Shown here: piece by piece, positions 33,750-45,235 of the stretch
Position numbering within the stretch: the stretch's first letter is position 1
How the letters are laid out: each line of letters starts with the position of its first letter
Program-made: the position numbers and the translations under genes
Assembly: GCA_009103225.1 (NCBI GenBank)
Contig: RHPI01002272.1
Location: forward strand, 126,417 to 190,416
Direction: 5' to 3'
Source: Chlorokybus atmophyticus
Taxonomy: Eukaryota; Plantae; Mesostigma and Chlorokybus algae
DNA: 64,000 nucleotides
The notes under the pieces: model-generated
Told to the model about the DNA's origin: nothing
Seen by the model: only the letters and a program-made list of their open reading frames with translations
Databases searched by the model: none

Positions 33750-36700
33750 CTCACAAACAAATCTGCTCTCACCGGAGTGTCGCGGTGCACAATTCGGCGC
33801 ACGAGGCTTCGCCTGTCTTTAACAAGCGCTACTGTTATTTTGGTGTCATACGGGTCAATACCCTCAAACCACTGGCCTTTGACCTGCCAGCAAGGACATG
33901 TATCACCCAATCTCACTCTACCATCAACTCGCAAAAACCGCTGCAACACACCTACTTACTAGGTTGCAATTAAGGTAGGTTTGTTCAGCAACGTGGGGCT
34001 TGTCTTTCCTCAGGATTGCAAAGCCTCCCATGTGCTGCACCTGGTTGCTCATGTACCACCTCGCTCTGAGGAGCTGGTGCTCCCAACCGGCTACCACGAC
34101 AACATAAAAAGACTGCACCTGCCATACCAGTGGACCTTCTTGGTTGGGTCATTCGAGTCACGCCCAACGGTAAACACTCCGCAGTCCATAGTGCGGAGCT
34201 TCTTCTCAGTGTCCTCTGCTCTGAACTGGCCAATGTCCTTGTAGCGCGCTCTGTAGTACCTCCTGATTTACTTTGGAAAAATGGGATCACTCAACAGCTC
34301 CATCTCGTGTTTTGTAAGCTCCCTATCAGGTCCACGCCAATGATGCAGCTCAGTCATGTGCTCCATGTCACTGGTCACGAGATTCCCTTGTGCTTGGGCC
34401 CTTTCGCGTGTCTTCCGCCGTTTTTCAACAGCCCGACTGAATTCTCTGTTTACCAACCCATTGTGGACTCATAATATGCAGGGGACATTGCGTACCAAAC
34501 AACGATTGCTGAAGCAACTTACTCTTTTAGCTGCCTGTACTCATCGTCATTTTCGGCCAACCACCACTCCAGCTCCTGCCTGATCTTGCTATCTTTCTCA
34601 CACTCAACACGGTGTCTGCGCCCGCAGAGGACATAGTCATCATCATCTCGCTCCTTGCCCGATTGCAGACTGATGCCGACGAAAAGCCTCTTCAAGGTGT
34701 CCATGTAAGTGTTCAACATGAGCTGGATGGAGTATCTGCAGACATAACTTGCACTTAACAAAAGTCAAAGAACGAGAGTACGTAAAAGGTTGCATGCAAC
34801 TTTCAGTTGGCCCACACTTGCCTTTTGCAGATGCTTGCTTCCACATGCTGCCTGGCAAAAATCATGCGCTTCACCCACTGCATAAATCGTTCGTCGGCCC
34901 ACTCCCAGTGATCGCGCACCGGACCAAGCCACATGCATTGCTCTGGTAGATGGCCAAGGAGGTGCAGCATCATTGTGAGCGAAGTCCGCGGGAAGAACAG
35001 CTCCACCTCAGACTGTGCCTCATGCACCAGCACCTGCGATGAATAATGCAAGTCATGCAACCTGTAGAAGCTAAGCATACACATGGAAGGTATGGTTAAA
35101 GCCCTAACCTGCAGTTCTTCAAGGTGTGACTGCTTCACTTCCAATGCAGTCAGCCGCTGATAGATGTCGCAGAGTTTGAGGATTGTTTTCTTCTGATCTT
35201 CTCCAATGTCATGAGCAGAGCGCAGCACGTACTGGAAAATCACGGACCACAAGTTGTGCTTGTCGTGCGATTTCATCGAGCCTGTGTGCTCACTACATCA
35301 GATTGTTAAGTAGACACAATGTGCAATGCAAGGACACTGAGTTGATTTGCACGCAGTTGAGAACCATGGTGGTTGTCTCACCTAAATGCTTGGTGAAAGA
35401 TTGCAGCTTAAAGCCGAAAGTGCTTGGAACCCTCACGCCTGAGAGTAATTGCTCAATCAGCCCTGCATCCGTGATTGCCCATGGAGCCTGAGGTTTGACC
35501 TTAACTGCAACTTCCTTACCGTCTTTCGTCATCTATGTCTGCAACGCATCGTCACAAAGTCAAACGAGTTGGCAGGCAGTCAGCACAAGTGTCGCATAAG
35601 CCTGCAATACCTGTAGCCAAAGTTCTGGCATACGACCTTGCTGCTGCAGTTCTTCTCGAGTCTCATTGCTGTCGCGCAATCCAGCAAGCAGATTGGTCAA
35701 ATTGGTTGCGAGATTGGCAAAAATGTGCATAGGGCCAATCACATGACCTTTTACAGGTTTCTGTAAAGGCATCCAATAGGGAAGGTCGTGAAAATAGCTT
35801 AGGCCAAGGATTCCGGAGGACTTTGAAGGATGTTTCTTGGAGTGAAGTGGTCGCTTGCTGTTGCGGGATGTCATGGCGTACCTGATCACATAGCATCCAT
35901 TGGTGAAGCTTGATTGACATAGCTACGTTCAGCTATGTCAATTGATTGGTTGCTCACCGGTACACACTTTCTGCAGTCCGCATGGGAGGTGGAGGTCTGT
36001 GTTCTGGTTGGGGCCAACGCTCATCAACTCGGTAGGGATGGTCATTTTGGTAAGTACCGGCGGTAGCCTTGATAAATCACCTTTTTGAGGAGTTCCACAT
36101 GTTCTCCACTGCACTCGCATTTGGAACAGCCAAAGATGGCTCCATGAGCCATCTGCATGGCTGCTTTTGCGAGAGCTGCGCAACCATCATTACATGTTTC
36201 AGAGAAGGCAAACATGGTTGCCATACCAGTCAGATAGTACATTCATAGACACTGATGGCCAACACTTGCTGCTTGCGTACCTGGGTAATCATGGATTACA
36301 ATCTCCAAGATAGATCTGCACCGGAAAACTTTGTCGCGGTGGCTGTCATATATGTCGATGCCTACAACAAACACCAGCAGCTGAGATGCCCTACACATTC
36401 TAGTCCAAAGCAGTTTGAGAGCATGTCTAATGTATCGAGAGCTGGCTTGTTCAAACTACATTGAAACCATACCTTCTCAAAGGGTTCCCAACTGGTCAAT
36501 GATTGGCTTGAGATAGGCCTGTAGATTCTCTGGCTGTTTGGGACCAGGTATTACCGCAGCTAGAAAGATAGTGTCGGTCTCGTGCATTTTGGCAATGGGC
36601 AGGTTCAGCACAGAAATTGTGACAAGCAAAAATTCATAATTCCCTGCAAGTCCACAAACACCTCGATCAATGCCAACTGTGAATTTACACACTGCAATGA

Positions 36701-38370
36701 CAGCACAGGTAAAAGGCACAATCACTACCTTTATGCGGATCTTTGAAAGGGCTCATCCCGTTAATAAACATTGCCAGCCGCACATTACGCGGTTCTTTGA
36801 TAAACCGGATGTAGCGTTCTTCTGTATGCTTGAACATTGGCGAGTCTGACAGCAGCAACCACATGAATAATAGAAAACATGTAAGAATTCAGGCTGCATT
36901 GGGCATCAACTTGTCAATCCACACTGCCATATACATACCGTGTATGGATCGTATAACCCCATCCTCACTGCGATTGGTGTGCGCTGTCATCTTCAAAGCG
37001 ACACTAGGCTTCAGGTAAAGAGACCTCAGAGCAGCAGGCACGTCAAAGTAACGTGAAATTTTTTCAGGAACTTGTCGACCTCCAAGATTGCGGTGGCGAG
37101 GAGCCTTGCAGACTGCAGGCCATAGGAAGTTTGCATGCTGACAGGTGATCCCATGACAACTCAATCACACAAGAAATGCTACAATAGCTGACCTTTGCAT
37201 AATTTCATGTTGGCATGTCGGCCATAATACACCATGTGGTCACAACAACAGGCGTCATACGCGTGGAAGCCCATGTTGAGGCTTGCAAGGCATTTCAGTA
37301 GCTCTTGCATGCTGCCTGGCATCTGATTCTCCTTGGGCAAAACAACATCACGCACCAACCTGGCACACAAAGTCAAGTTCAATTGAAAATTGGACATTGA
37401 TGTCTTTGCAGAATGTGTTTTGTATGATTTTGTAAACCTCTTATCCACCGACCTTAGCAGTTTGTTCATGAAGTTCAAGGGTATTCGATGTAGCTGAGCG
37501 AGAACCAATAGCAGCATGGAAATGCCCAAAGGGGTTGTACGAGAGCCGGCAACAATAGGGTTGCTTGCATTGTCCAACAGCGCAGCATTTACCTTGTCAA
37601 GCAGCATTGCCTCGTCATCACCATGAGTGTCATACTGCTGCGACTCCACATCGGTATTGGAGTCTTGGTCTACGCCATCACCATCACCATCAACTTGCTC
37701 CGCATGTACTTGATTAGCGGTTGAGGGGGAGTGCGCTGGCATATCATGCTCGTTCAGAACTGTGTATTCTGGAGTTCTGGCACCTTGATGTCCTCGCGAT
37801 ACAGGATGCTCACTTCCAGAGAATGCTGGGTGCAATTCGCTCTGTTCCCCATGATCACACGGATGACATCCTGCCAACGCGAATAAATGCACTGGCACAT
37901 GGACAATGACGTAAGCAATCAACTTGCAATTAGATTAGGTCGTACCTGCTGGGCGCATGTGATGTGCAACATTGACATGAGATGCAACACTCGTTTGCGA
38001 TGGCGTGGCTGGGTGCAGTTGTTCAGCAGCGTAGTTCCATGCATAAAGTGTTTCGGTGTGATGGACAGCATCATCTGAAGCGGGCAAGCTTGGTAATCAG
38101 ATCAGAGCCTGTTGATGAAGTACACCAACTCGGGAAGATGACTCTTGTACCTGACAGCATGTGCGAGGATGCAGCCGCAATAACAGCGTCAGCCTCTTCA
38201 AGTTCATTGGGTTCGAGAAGATCACGGTATTGCGGTTCAACAGCTTTAGGAGTGCCCATCCACATCCTTGTGCCATGGTACTCATGGTTTTGGGCCCTAG
38301 TGATGTGCTTGTGTGTGAACACTTTGCTCCCTTGGCAATCTTCGCAGAAACACCTGCGATTGTAGCTCAT
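33750..38370 (-). pseudogene. Multi-exon CACTA Tnp2 transposase (probably inactivated in this copy)
   Basis: N-terminal CFCEDC...H; LPKENQMP...YDACCCD; PRNVRLAMFINGMSPF (Asn where the family has Asp, 36762-36760); IPGPKQPENLQAYLKPIIDQL; CNDG...GCSKC; IGPMHIFANL; LHLLGHLPEQ...LGPVRDHWEWADERFM; WYGRVQSF...LLRARWY. A +1 frameshift lies in the A4 run near 36047. Confidence 0.9.
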
Positions 38371-38731
38371 GCTACAAAGATGTTTAGTCAACTATTATCC
38401 TGGCATACAACCACCAAACTATCTAGAGCCCTGACCTGATATCGCCGCCGCCGCCGCTGATACCGCCTTCGCCGCCGCTCTAGCATCGCAGTTGCAGAAT
38501 TAGGGTTTAGACCCGTCAATCCTAAATTGCAAGCTAGATCCAGTATAAGCCGCGGCTTCAATCCGGATGTGCTCCGTAATTTGCGTACGTGCTCCAGTTT
38601 TTCTTCCTTGAAGTGCATCAGCTATTAGGGTTTGAATGGTAGGTTGCGTGGCGGCAGTATGCGCGGCGTCAAGGTGTGCAGTTTCTGCAGAGCATACTTG
38701 GTTAGAAACGGCAACTTGAAACGGTGGCAAC

Positions 38732-39112
38732 TTGAAACGGTTGCAACAGCATGAAGAGAAGTGCAAGCTGTACAGTGAGCAGTATGGCTTCTATGAAGCC
38801 TGCTGGCACCATAAGGCCCGGGGAGATAATGTGAGGCAGTGCAGGCTTCTAGCAAAATGCATGAAGCCAGACTTCTTTGTCGAGGAATGCACTTGCCTGC
38901 AATGCTCGCTCTCCAAGTTTGAGTGGGACGGCGAGCCCATGGATTACCTGCCTTGGGCCCGGCCTGGAGCATATCAGGATGGGCAGGAGTGTGGTTCGAG
39001 TTGGTGGTCAAAGCTGTCTGAGACTGCAAGACTTGCCTGGTCGCGAGCTCGATTGTTGGCCCAGGCCACCACCCCTTCTCGTAACTCGCACACCATGCGA
39101 CTCAAGCGGTAG
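38732..39112 (+). CDS. Cys-rich ORF of unknown function overlapping the 5' end of the methyltransferase frame
   Basis: 126-codon open frame ending 8 nt before the MTase core; no recognised domain. It may be a frameshifted N-terminal part of the MTase. Confidence 0.35.
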   Translation: MKRLQQHEEKCKLYSEQYGFYEACWHHKARGDNVRQCRLLAKCMKPDFFVEECTCLQCSLSKFEWDGEPMDYLPWARPGAYQDGQECGSSWWSKLSETARLAWSRARLLAQATTPSRNSHTMRLKR

Positions 39113-39824
39113 ACGTTACAGGCCACGCGCATTGGATCTCTTTTGTGGTGCCGGTGGCGTTGCTATGGGTCTGTACAGGGCTGGGTTTGATGTTGAGGGT
39201 ATAGACATTAAGCCACAGCCGGCATACCCATTCAAGATCTGCCAGATGGATGCAATGGACGCTGACCTGTCAGCATACGATGCAGTGTGGGCAAGTCCTC
39301 CATGCCAAGCTCTTAGTGGAGCCATTCCCATGACACAACGGTCCGCATACGGATATCGATGGGATCACGTCAACCTGATTGACCCCATAAGAGCCAAGTT
39401 GCAGTCAAGCGGCAAGGCATGGGTGATAGAGAATGTTGCAGGCGCGTCAGGACACATGACAACTCACCTGAAGCTGTGTGGCAGTATGTTCAAGTTGGAT
39501 GTGTATCGCTATCGCATCTTCGAGACAAACCCTCCAGTGCGCTCAGACTTACAATGCAACCACACTGGTTCTGCACTTGGAGAGCTGGCCACCCACCCGG
39601 AGCAGCGCCGGCAGTTGCTACCTGGGGAGAGGCAAATCTACCCGGTATACGGCCAAACATCTTGCCGTGGTACGATTGCAGGGTGGCAGTCTGCCATGCA
39701 GGTGGAGTGGATGGATGCGGAATCGGAAATCAAGAATGCTATTCCACCTACTTACTCTGAACATGTAGGCAGGCTGTTGCTGGAAGCGATAGGTTTCAAT
39801 GTCGATTACCCTCCTTTTTACTGA
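38877..39824 (+). CDS. C5 cytosine DNA methyltransferase, compact and intronless (core about 39120-39824; start codon uncertain)
   Basis: Motif I DLFCGAGG, motif IV ASPPCQ, motif VI IENVAG, motif VIII LCGSMF...YRYRIFE, motif X IKNAIPP, in canonical order with a very short variable region. Confidence 0.92.
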   Translation: MSRNALACNARSPSLSGTASPWITCLGPGLEHIRMGRSVVRVGGQSCLRLQDLPGRELDCWPRPPPLLVTRTPCDSSGRRYRPRALDLFCGAGGVAMGLYRAGFDVEGIDIKPQPAYPFKICQMDAMDADLSAYDAVWASPPCQALSGAIPMTQRSAYGYRWDHVNLIDPIRAKLQSSGKAWVIENVAGASGHMTTHLKLCGSMFKLDVYRYRIFETNPPVRSDLQCNHTGSALGELATHPEQRRQLLPGERQIYPVYGQTSCRGTIAGWQSAMQVEWMDAESEIKNAIPPTYSEHVGRLLLEAIGFNVDYPPFY

Positions 39825-39984
39825 GACACGTAGAGGACTTTGCAGTTGTAAGCTCTCTTGATTGCCACAGAGGTCTCATTTGTGATCACACCTGCAGAAT
39901 GGTAAGGTTTCACTGAGGTTGCCGCTGCTGCTGCTCTTTGTGCTCGCGCCGCTGCTTCCGCTGCTGCCGCTTCTGCTCACGCTC

Positions 39985-41150
39985 TTAAAAGAGTTGCTGC
40001 TTCAGCTGCTCCTGCTGCTCGAGTGTTGGCTGCTGGCCTATCGCTGCTCGCTCGCGCTCATGTTGACGTTTCTTGGCCAGTTTCTTGCTTTGCCGCCGAT
40101 CATCAATGTGTTCGCGTTTTTGCAACTTTAACATCTCCATGGGGTTTGCTTTGCGTGCGGAAAAATTCTCTCGATTGAGATGGTGCTTTTGCAAAGTCTC
40201 ATTCAGCTCGTTTTCGTTTTGCTTGCAAGTGCGCACAAGCTCGTTGAACTGGTCATCCCGCCAATCCTGGTTCAAAGGACCCTTCGCAACGCAATTGCGC
40301 ACTCCTTTCCTAAGCCCCTTGAGAAAAAGCTGTAGTTTGAGGGCATCATCCATCTGCAGCGCTGTTGCGTTGGCAACCATACACAGATGTTCGAACTGCG
40401 CGTGAAACTCCTCCACTTTGCGACCTGCCTGCCGCAGATGGCGCAGCTTCTTAAAAGCGCCGGCAGGGGTGTTGTCCATTTGCGCAGGAGCTCGGCTGCG
40501 AGTACGACGGCGTTTGCGCTTCTTGCTTGTGGTGGCACGACGAGGAACACCAGAGGAAAGACTACTGGTTGATGTGCCAGATTCATCAGAAGAGCTCTCA
40601 TTGCCCTGCATTGCATCAAGCTCGGTGCCACATTGCGCAACTCCACACTTGCTCTTGCACGCAGATAGCATGACAGTGCTCACCTGTCCATCAGCTGGGC
40701 TCATGGGTTCCGCCTGATTCTGGACTTCCACCTCAACCTCTTGGTTGACCTGTGCCTGCTTGGCCTTGGCCTCAGGCTGCTCCTGCCTGGCCCTGGCTTC
40801 AGTCTCAGCCTGCTCCTGCCTGGCCTTAGCTTCAGCATCAGCCTTGGTCTTCACCTCGCTCGCCTGCCTGGCCTTGGCCTCAGCCTGCTCCTGCCTGGCC
40901 CTGGCTTCAGTTTCAGCCTGCTCCTGCCTGGCCTTGGCTTCAGCATTAGCCTTGGTCTTCGCCTCAGCCTGCTCCTGCCTGGCCTTGGCCTGTGCTTGCT
41001 GCTTCAAGCTGGCCTCGACCTTCTTCATGCACTCTGGACCCATCCTCAGCTTTGGCTTTTGAACCTTCGCGCTTGCTTGGGTCTCAACCTTGCCTTCTCC
41101 CTTGGCCTGGGCCTCAGCCTCTTGCACACACACAGCTTGCGATTGCACAG
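39985..41150 (-). CDS. Ala/Glu/Gln/Lys repeat region plus retrotransposon-gag (capsid C-terminal)-like domain; probable 3' part of the OTU gene
   Basis: (A/T)EA(K/R)ARQEQ repeats, then LRHLRQAGRKVEEFHAQFEHLC...DDALKLQLFLKGLRKGVR, resembling the LxQxGSVxEYxxxF...FxxGL gag motif. Confidence 0.6.
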
Positions 41151-41159
41151 GGGTCTACT

Positions 41160-42490
41160 TGAAGATGTAGGCGCCTGGAGTGGAGCCGATTTGACACTGG
41201 GTGCTGATTGCGGAGGACCATCAGGGAACAGGCAGCGCAGGACTTCTGGTGGCATGTCACAGAGCTGCCATAAGAGCCTACCACTCGCATCGCCAAGAGA
41301 CATGTAATGCGCGCAGGCCTTGCTCGCGTCTGTATTGCCAATAATCACATGGCCAGCCATTTTCTGAACATCCTCGCCGATCAGCACCACAAGCTTGATA
41401 TACTGCAGCTTTCCTTTGTCATCAGGTTTAAGATACCTCCCGTCATCCCCTTTGCTGAGTACCCCCTTGTCCTCCGCTTCTAGGATGTACTTGCAGTCAC
41501 CAACCTCCCTGAGCTGCACGGTGCCAATGCGAATGCCCAGTGTGTGCGCCAGCAGCGCCAATTGCAGTTGATCCGCATAAACACCCTCATGACTGATCAC
41601 TTTCTTCAGAGCAACAACAGCTGCATCACCTTCATCTTTTCCATCGAGAACCGTTGTTACCCGGCATTTCTTGGCGGCCTTCTTGTAGTCCTCGCCCCCA
41701 TGTCACCAGAGGCCCCGTAGTTACGATACGTCCGTACCCAACGAACGTTGACCTGGTCAGCACACATCTTGCGCAACTTGGCAGCTTGATCTCTCGTATG
41801 CAGCTCTTTGCCGTTGTCCAGCACAATGCTTCGCCAGAAAGCCTCATTGTTAATTGCGCCCACGCGTTCCAGGCATGCAGCGTTGACGGGAGGGCGCGAC
41901 TGGGCAATGCAAGAGTAGAAGCAGTTGCCATCAGCATAGGCGTCATAGAGCCGCAGCTTTGTCTCATGCAGCAGCAGCCCAATCAGCTCCGCCTCATCGC
42001 CCGGTTGTGGAGGAGGTAGACCAGACTCCCAACGACCACCAGTAGATGCACGACCCGTTGATGTGCCCACTTCAGCTTTAGGTTCTCCGACAAAGTTCCC
42101 AAGGTCAATACTCGCAGCTGCTGCCTGCTTGTCACACATCTTGCTGAGCTGCCGCCGCAAGAACTGATCCAACTTGACTCTCCATTCATGCGAGAGGGCG
42201 AGCAAATCAGCTTTCTCCAACCGCTGCTTGTATTTGACCACCAGCTCTTCCCATGTAGGGCAGTCTTCCTTTTCCTCTCTCCATACTTTTGCATAACCTA
42301 CGCAAAGGGCCTTGAAATCATTGAAAACCTCTTCATCGGTCTTGTTTGCCCGGATCTGCGGCTTCTTCACCTCTTTTCCTGGTTGCAATGACCGGTATGA
42401 GCACGAGTTGGTGTGAGAAATTTTACACATTCCAAGAGTACCTGCACGCTGCTGCTGACCACTTGGCAAGACCTTCTGCTTTGTTGCCAT
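41160..42490 (-). CDS. OTU-family cysteine protease (deubiquitinase-like); needs a splice or frameshift near 41690-41750
   Basis: ADGNCFYSCIAQS (Cys box), YADQLQLALLAHTLGIRIGTV (helical box), CAHYMSL (His box). Confidence 0.75.
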
Positions 42491-43504
42491 TATGAACAAC
42501 CTGTGTCGACACACAGAGAAACTTACAAGCAGACACAAAGTGATCAAGTGAGCCAAGTTTAAAACTGAGCAAGCAGGGGCCTTACGCACGAGGCTGCCCC
42601 CTACGATCAGCATGAGCAAGAATGGGCCTTGAGAGCGGTCAGCAAAACAAGCGCAAACAAACAGGAGCGCGGCATGCACTACACCTGGTTTGCGAATTCT
42701 TCAAACCCTACCAAGCTGCCTATGAAGCTGCAAGAGATCTACAAAAAGCGGGTGGAGCACCAATGCGAAAAGGCTTGCAGTACACCACCATAGCAACCAC
42801 ACCGCCTCCCGCTCACACCGCCGCCACCACCGGCCGCCGCCACCGCCGCCACAACCGCCGCCTCAGACCACGTCACGCAAGAAATGCTGCACTACTGCAG
42901 GTGCTCAACTCTAAACCCTACAACCGTGCACTATTCATTGAAGCAACCCTGTACCGCGCGTCAGGCGGCGCTGTACTGGGCAAGGGTCATTGAATGATGT
43001 ATTGCATATTGGGTGCAATCGATCCATTTATAAAAATGCATGTAGAGGGTTTGAATTGCACCAGGTAGTCCTATATACAGCAACCAGGTATAGGCCGTCA
43101 CTATAGAACAACCACATGGAAACAAAGACAGTAGTTGCACATGTGAAGGTTGTGTAATTTTGTGCGTGATACAAGTGCACATACAATTCCAGCACTTGCA
43201 CTAGACCAGCCCCCTTAGCTGTAGTTGTTGTGGTTGTGCCTGGTGTTGCTGGTTAATGTGACCGCTGGTGCACGGTGTGTGTTTATCGGGGGCGCCGCTA
43301 TTTTCCTTATACAATGTGGCGTGCATATGCGCATGCATTAGACATGTAACAGACTGCGCATGTAAGCATGTTGCGTACAGAAAACGCAAGACATGCGTGA
43401 TGGAGTACCCCGTATGCACAGACAGCAGCCGCTATAACAGCAGGTTCTCATTGCAGGCAGGCAGGAAGCACATGTATACAACGCCACTGGCCTATTGGAA
43501 CTGG

Positions 43505-43817
43505 TCTTATGGCCCACTGATCGAGCAGCTAGGGGCCTACTGGAACCTCAACAGCAAGACATTGATAGAGCAGCTATGTACAAGGTGAAAACTGCTGCTG
43601 ACTCAATTGGAGTAGTCATAGCCGTGACCATCGCTGTCGTAGTCTCCCATGGTGTCTCTTATGGTGTCTCTTATGGCCCGCTGATCGAGCAGCTAGGGGC
43701 CTACTGGAACCTCAACAGCAAGACACTGATAGAGCAGCTATGTACAAGGTGAAAACTGCTACTGACTCAATTGGAGTAGCCATAGCCGTGACCATCGCTG
43801 TCGTAGTCTCCCATGGT
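43505..43817. repeat. Direct duplication of about 150 bp (period 164)
   Basis: tcttatggccc...gtagtctcccatggtg at 43505 and 43669. Confidence 0.92.
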
Positions 43818-44200
43818 GGCCTCGGTATACTCTGACAGCTCACTATCGGATGCAGCGAGTGCCAGGAAGAGGTTGTAAATCTCCTCCCTCACGTTTTCGG
43901 GGAGATTGGGCACCCTCCGGATGCGATAGCGCATGCGATGGAACTTGTACTTGTAGCGGGCGGCACGTACATTCTCCGCTATAACATCCTCCAGTTCTAC
44001 ACCAAGCCTGTCTATCTCTTGACGCTGTGCAGACACCTGCGTTGCTAGAGTTTGGTCACAATGCATGCTACCAACAGATATCAGCAGCTTACAGATAGTG
44101 CAAGTCATACCTTCCTGCGCAAGTCGGCAACGGTTTGCCGCAGCTCTCTCACGTCGTAGCGCAGCCAAGCCGATATGCACAAGCATGCCTGCCAACAGAG
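43767..44200 (-). CDS. Coiled-coil ORF of unknown function
   Basis: Open frame with QVSAQRQEIDRLGVELEDVIAENVR...EEIYNLFL and an acidic tail; true 5' end unclear. Confidence 0.4.
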
Positions 44201-44201
44201 A

Positions 44202-44510
44202 CATACACAAACCAGAGCAAGCCTGCACAACAAGAAGGTTTACACATAGTGAGGTGGAATACCAGATCAAAGGGCGTGGCGGCGAGGGAAGAAGGCGATG
44301 GCGCATGCCAACAGAGACTGGGCAAGAAGAGGCTGGCCGTGCGTTGACTAACTTGGTCAACACACAAACACATATGCACACACACATGCACAGACAATGA
44401 AGCATCTCAACTTTGTGCATACACAAACCAGAGCAAGCCTGCACAACAAGAAGGTTTACACACAGTGAGGTGGAATACCAGATCAAAGGGCGTGGCGGCG
44501 AGGGAAGAAG
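44202..44510. repeat. Direct duplication of about 93 bp (period 216)
   Basis: catacacaaaccagagc...ggcgagggaagaag at 44202 and 44418. Confidence 0.9.
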
Positions 44511-45235
44511 CACTGTGGGAAGAGAGACGGCGGCGGCGCCTTCGGAAACAAGACTACAACTGCAACAACCTTGACGCCCACATGCACACAACCGGCGTGG
44601 ACGAGGGTTTCATAATGTGGCACCCTGTCAAGTCTCAGCCCATTGCTGAAAGCCTAGTGCGTCAGCAGAGGACTGAAAATTGACAGTCGCAAAGTCACCC
44701 CCGACGCTGCCGCCCACGCCGCTGATACTGCCGCCGCCCACGCCGCCCGCAACTCCAAACCCTAATTCGTACCTGATCGGTCCTGTTGAGCGATATTCTA
44801 GTACCTGACACCCGCCTCTCAAATTGAGAGGCATGTGAGGGGTGTAACAGCTGGCCAAACGGCTGTTTGCTCAACTCAGTGCAAAAGTTTCACTGTGCTG
44901 CTATCGGTTTCATGCTCAATTCCTCATGACCATAAAGGCTTTATGGTAAAGCACAGCTTTCTTGTAGACATGCCGGCAAGGTTTGTGCATGCACTGGCAT
45001 TTGCTTGCTAGCTTGCTGTTCAGCTGGACTAAGTCATGGTAGCAGCTGGCATGGAGCTGAACGACGTGCTTCGGCAAGGTAAAGTACGGTTTGCTTGATG
45101 TGTGAAGCACATGCACATGGCCAAGCAGCTGCAGTCAATTGAGGCAGTTAACTGAGGTTTCTGGTTGAACAGTGTTGTGGCTGTGCACAGCTTGACAAGC
45201 AGTTTGACCTACTAGTTTGAGGTGGTGCAGTGGTC

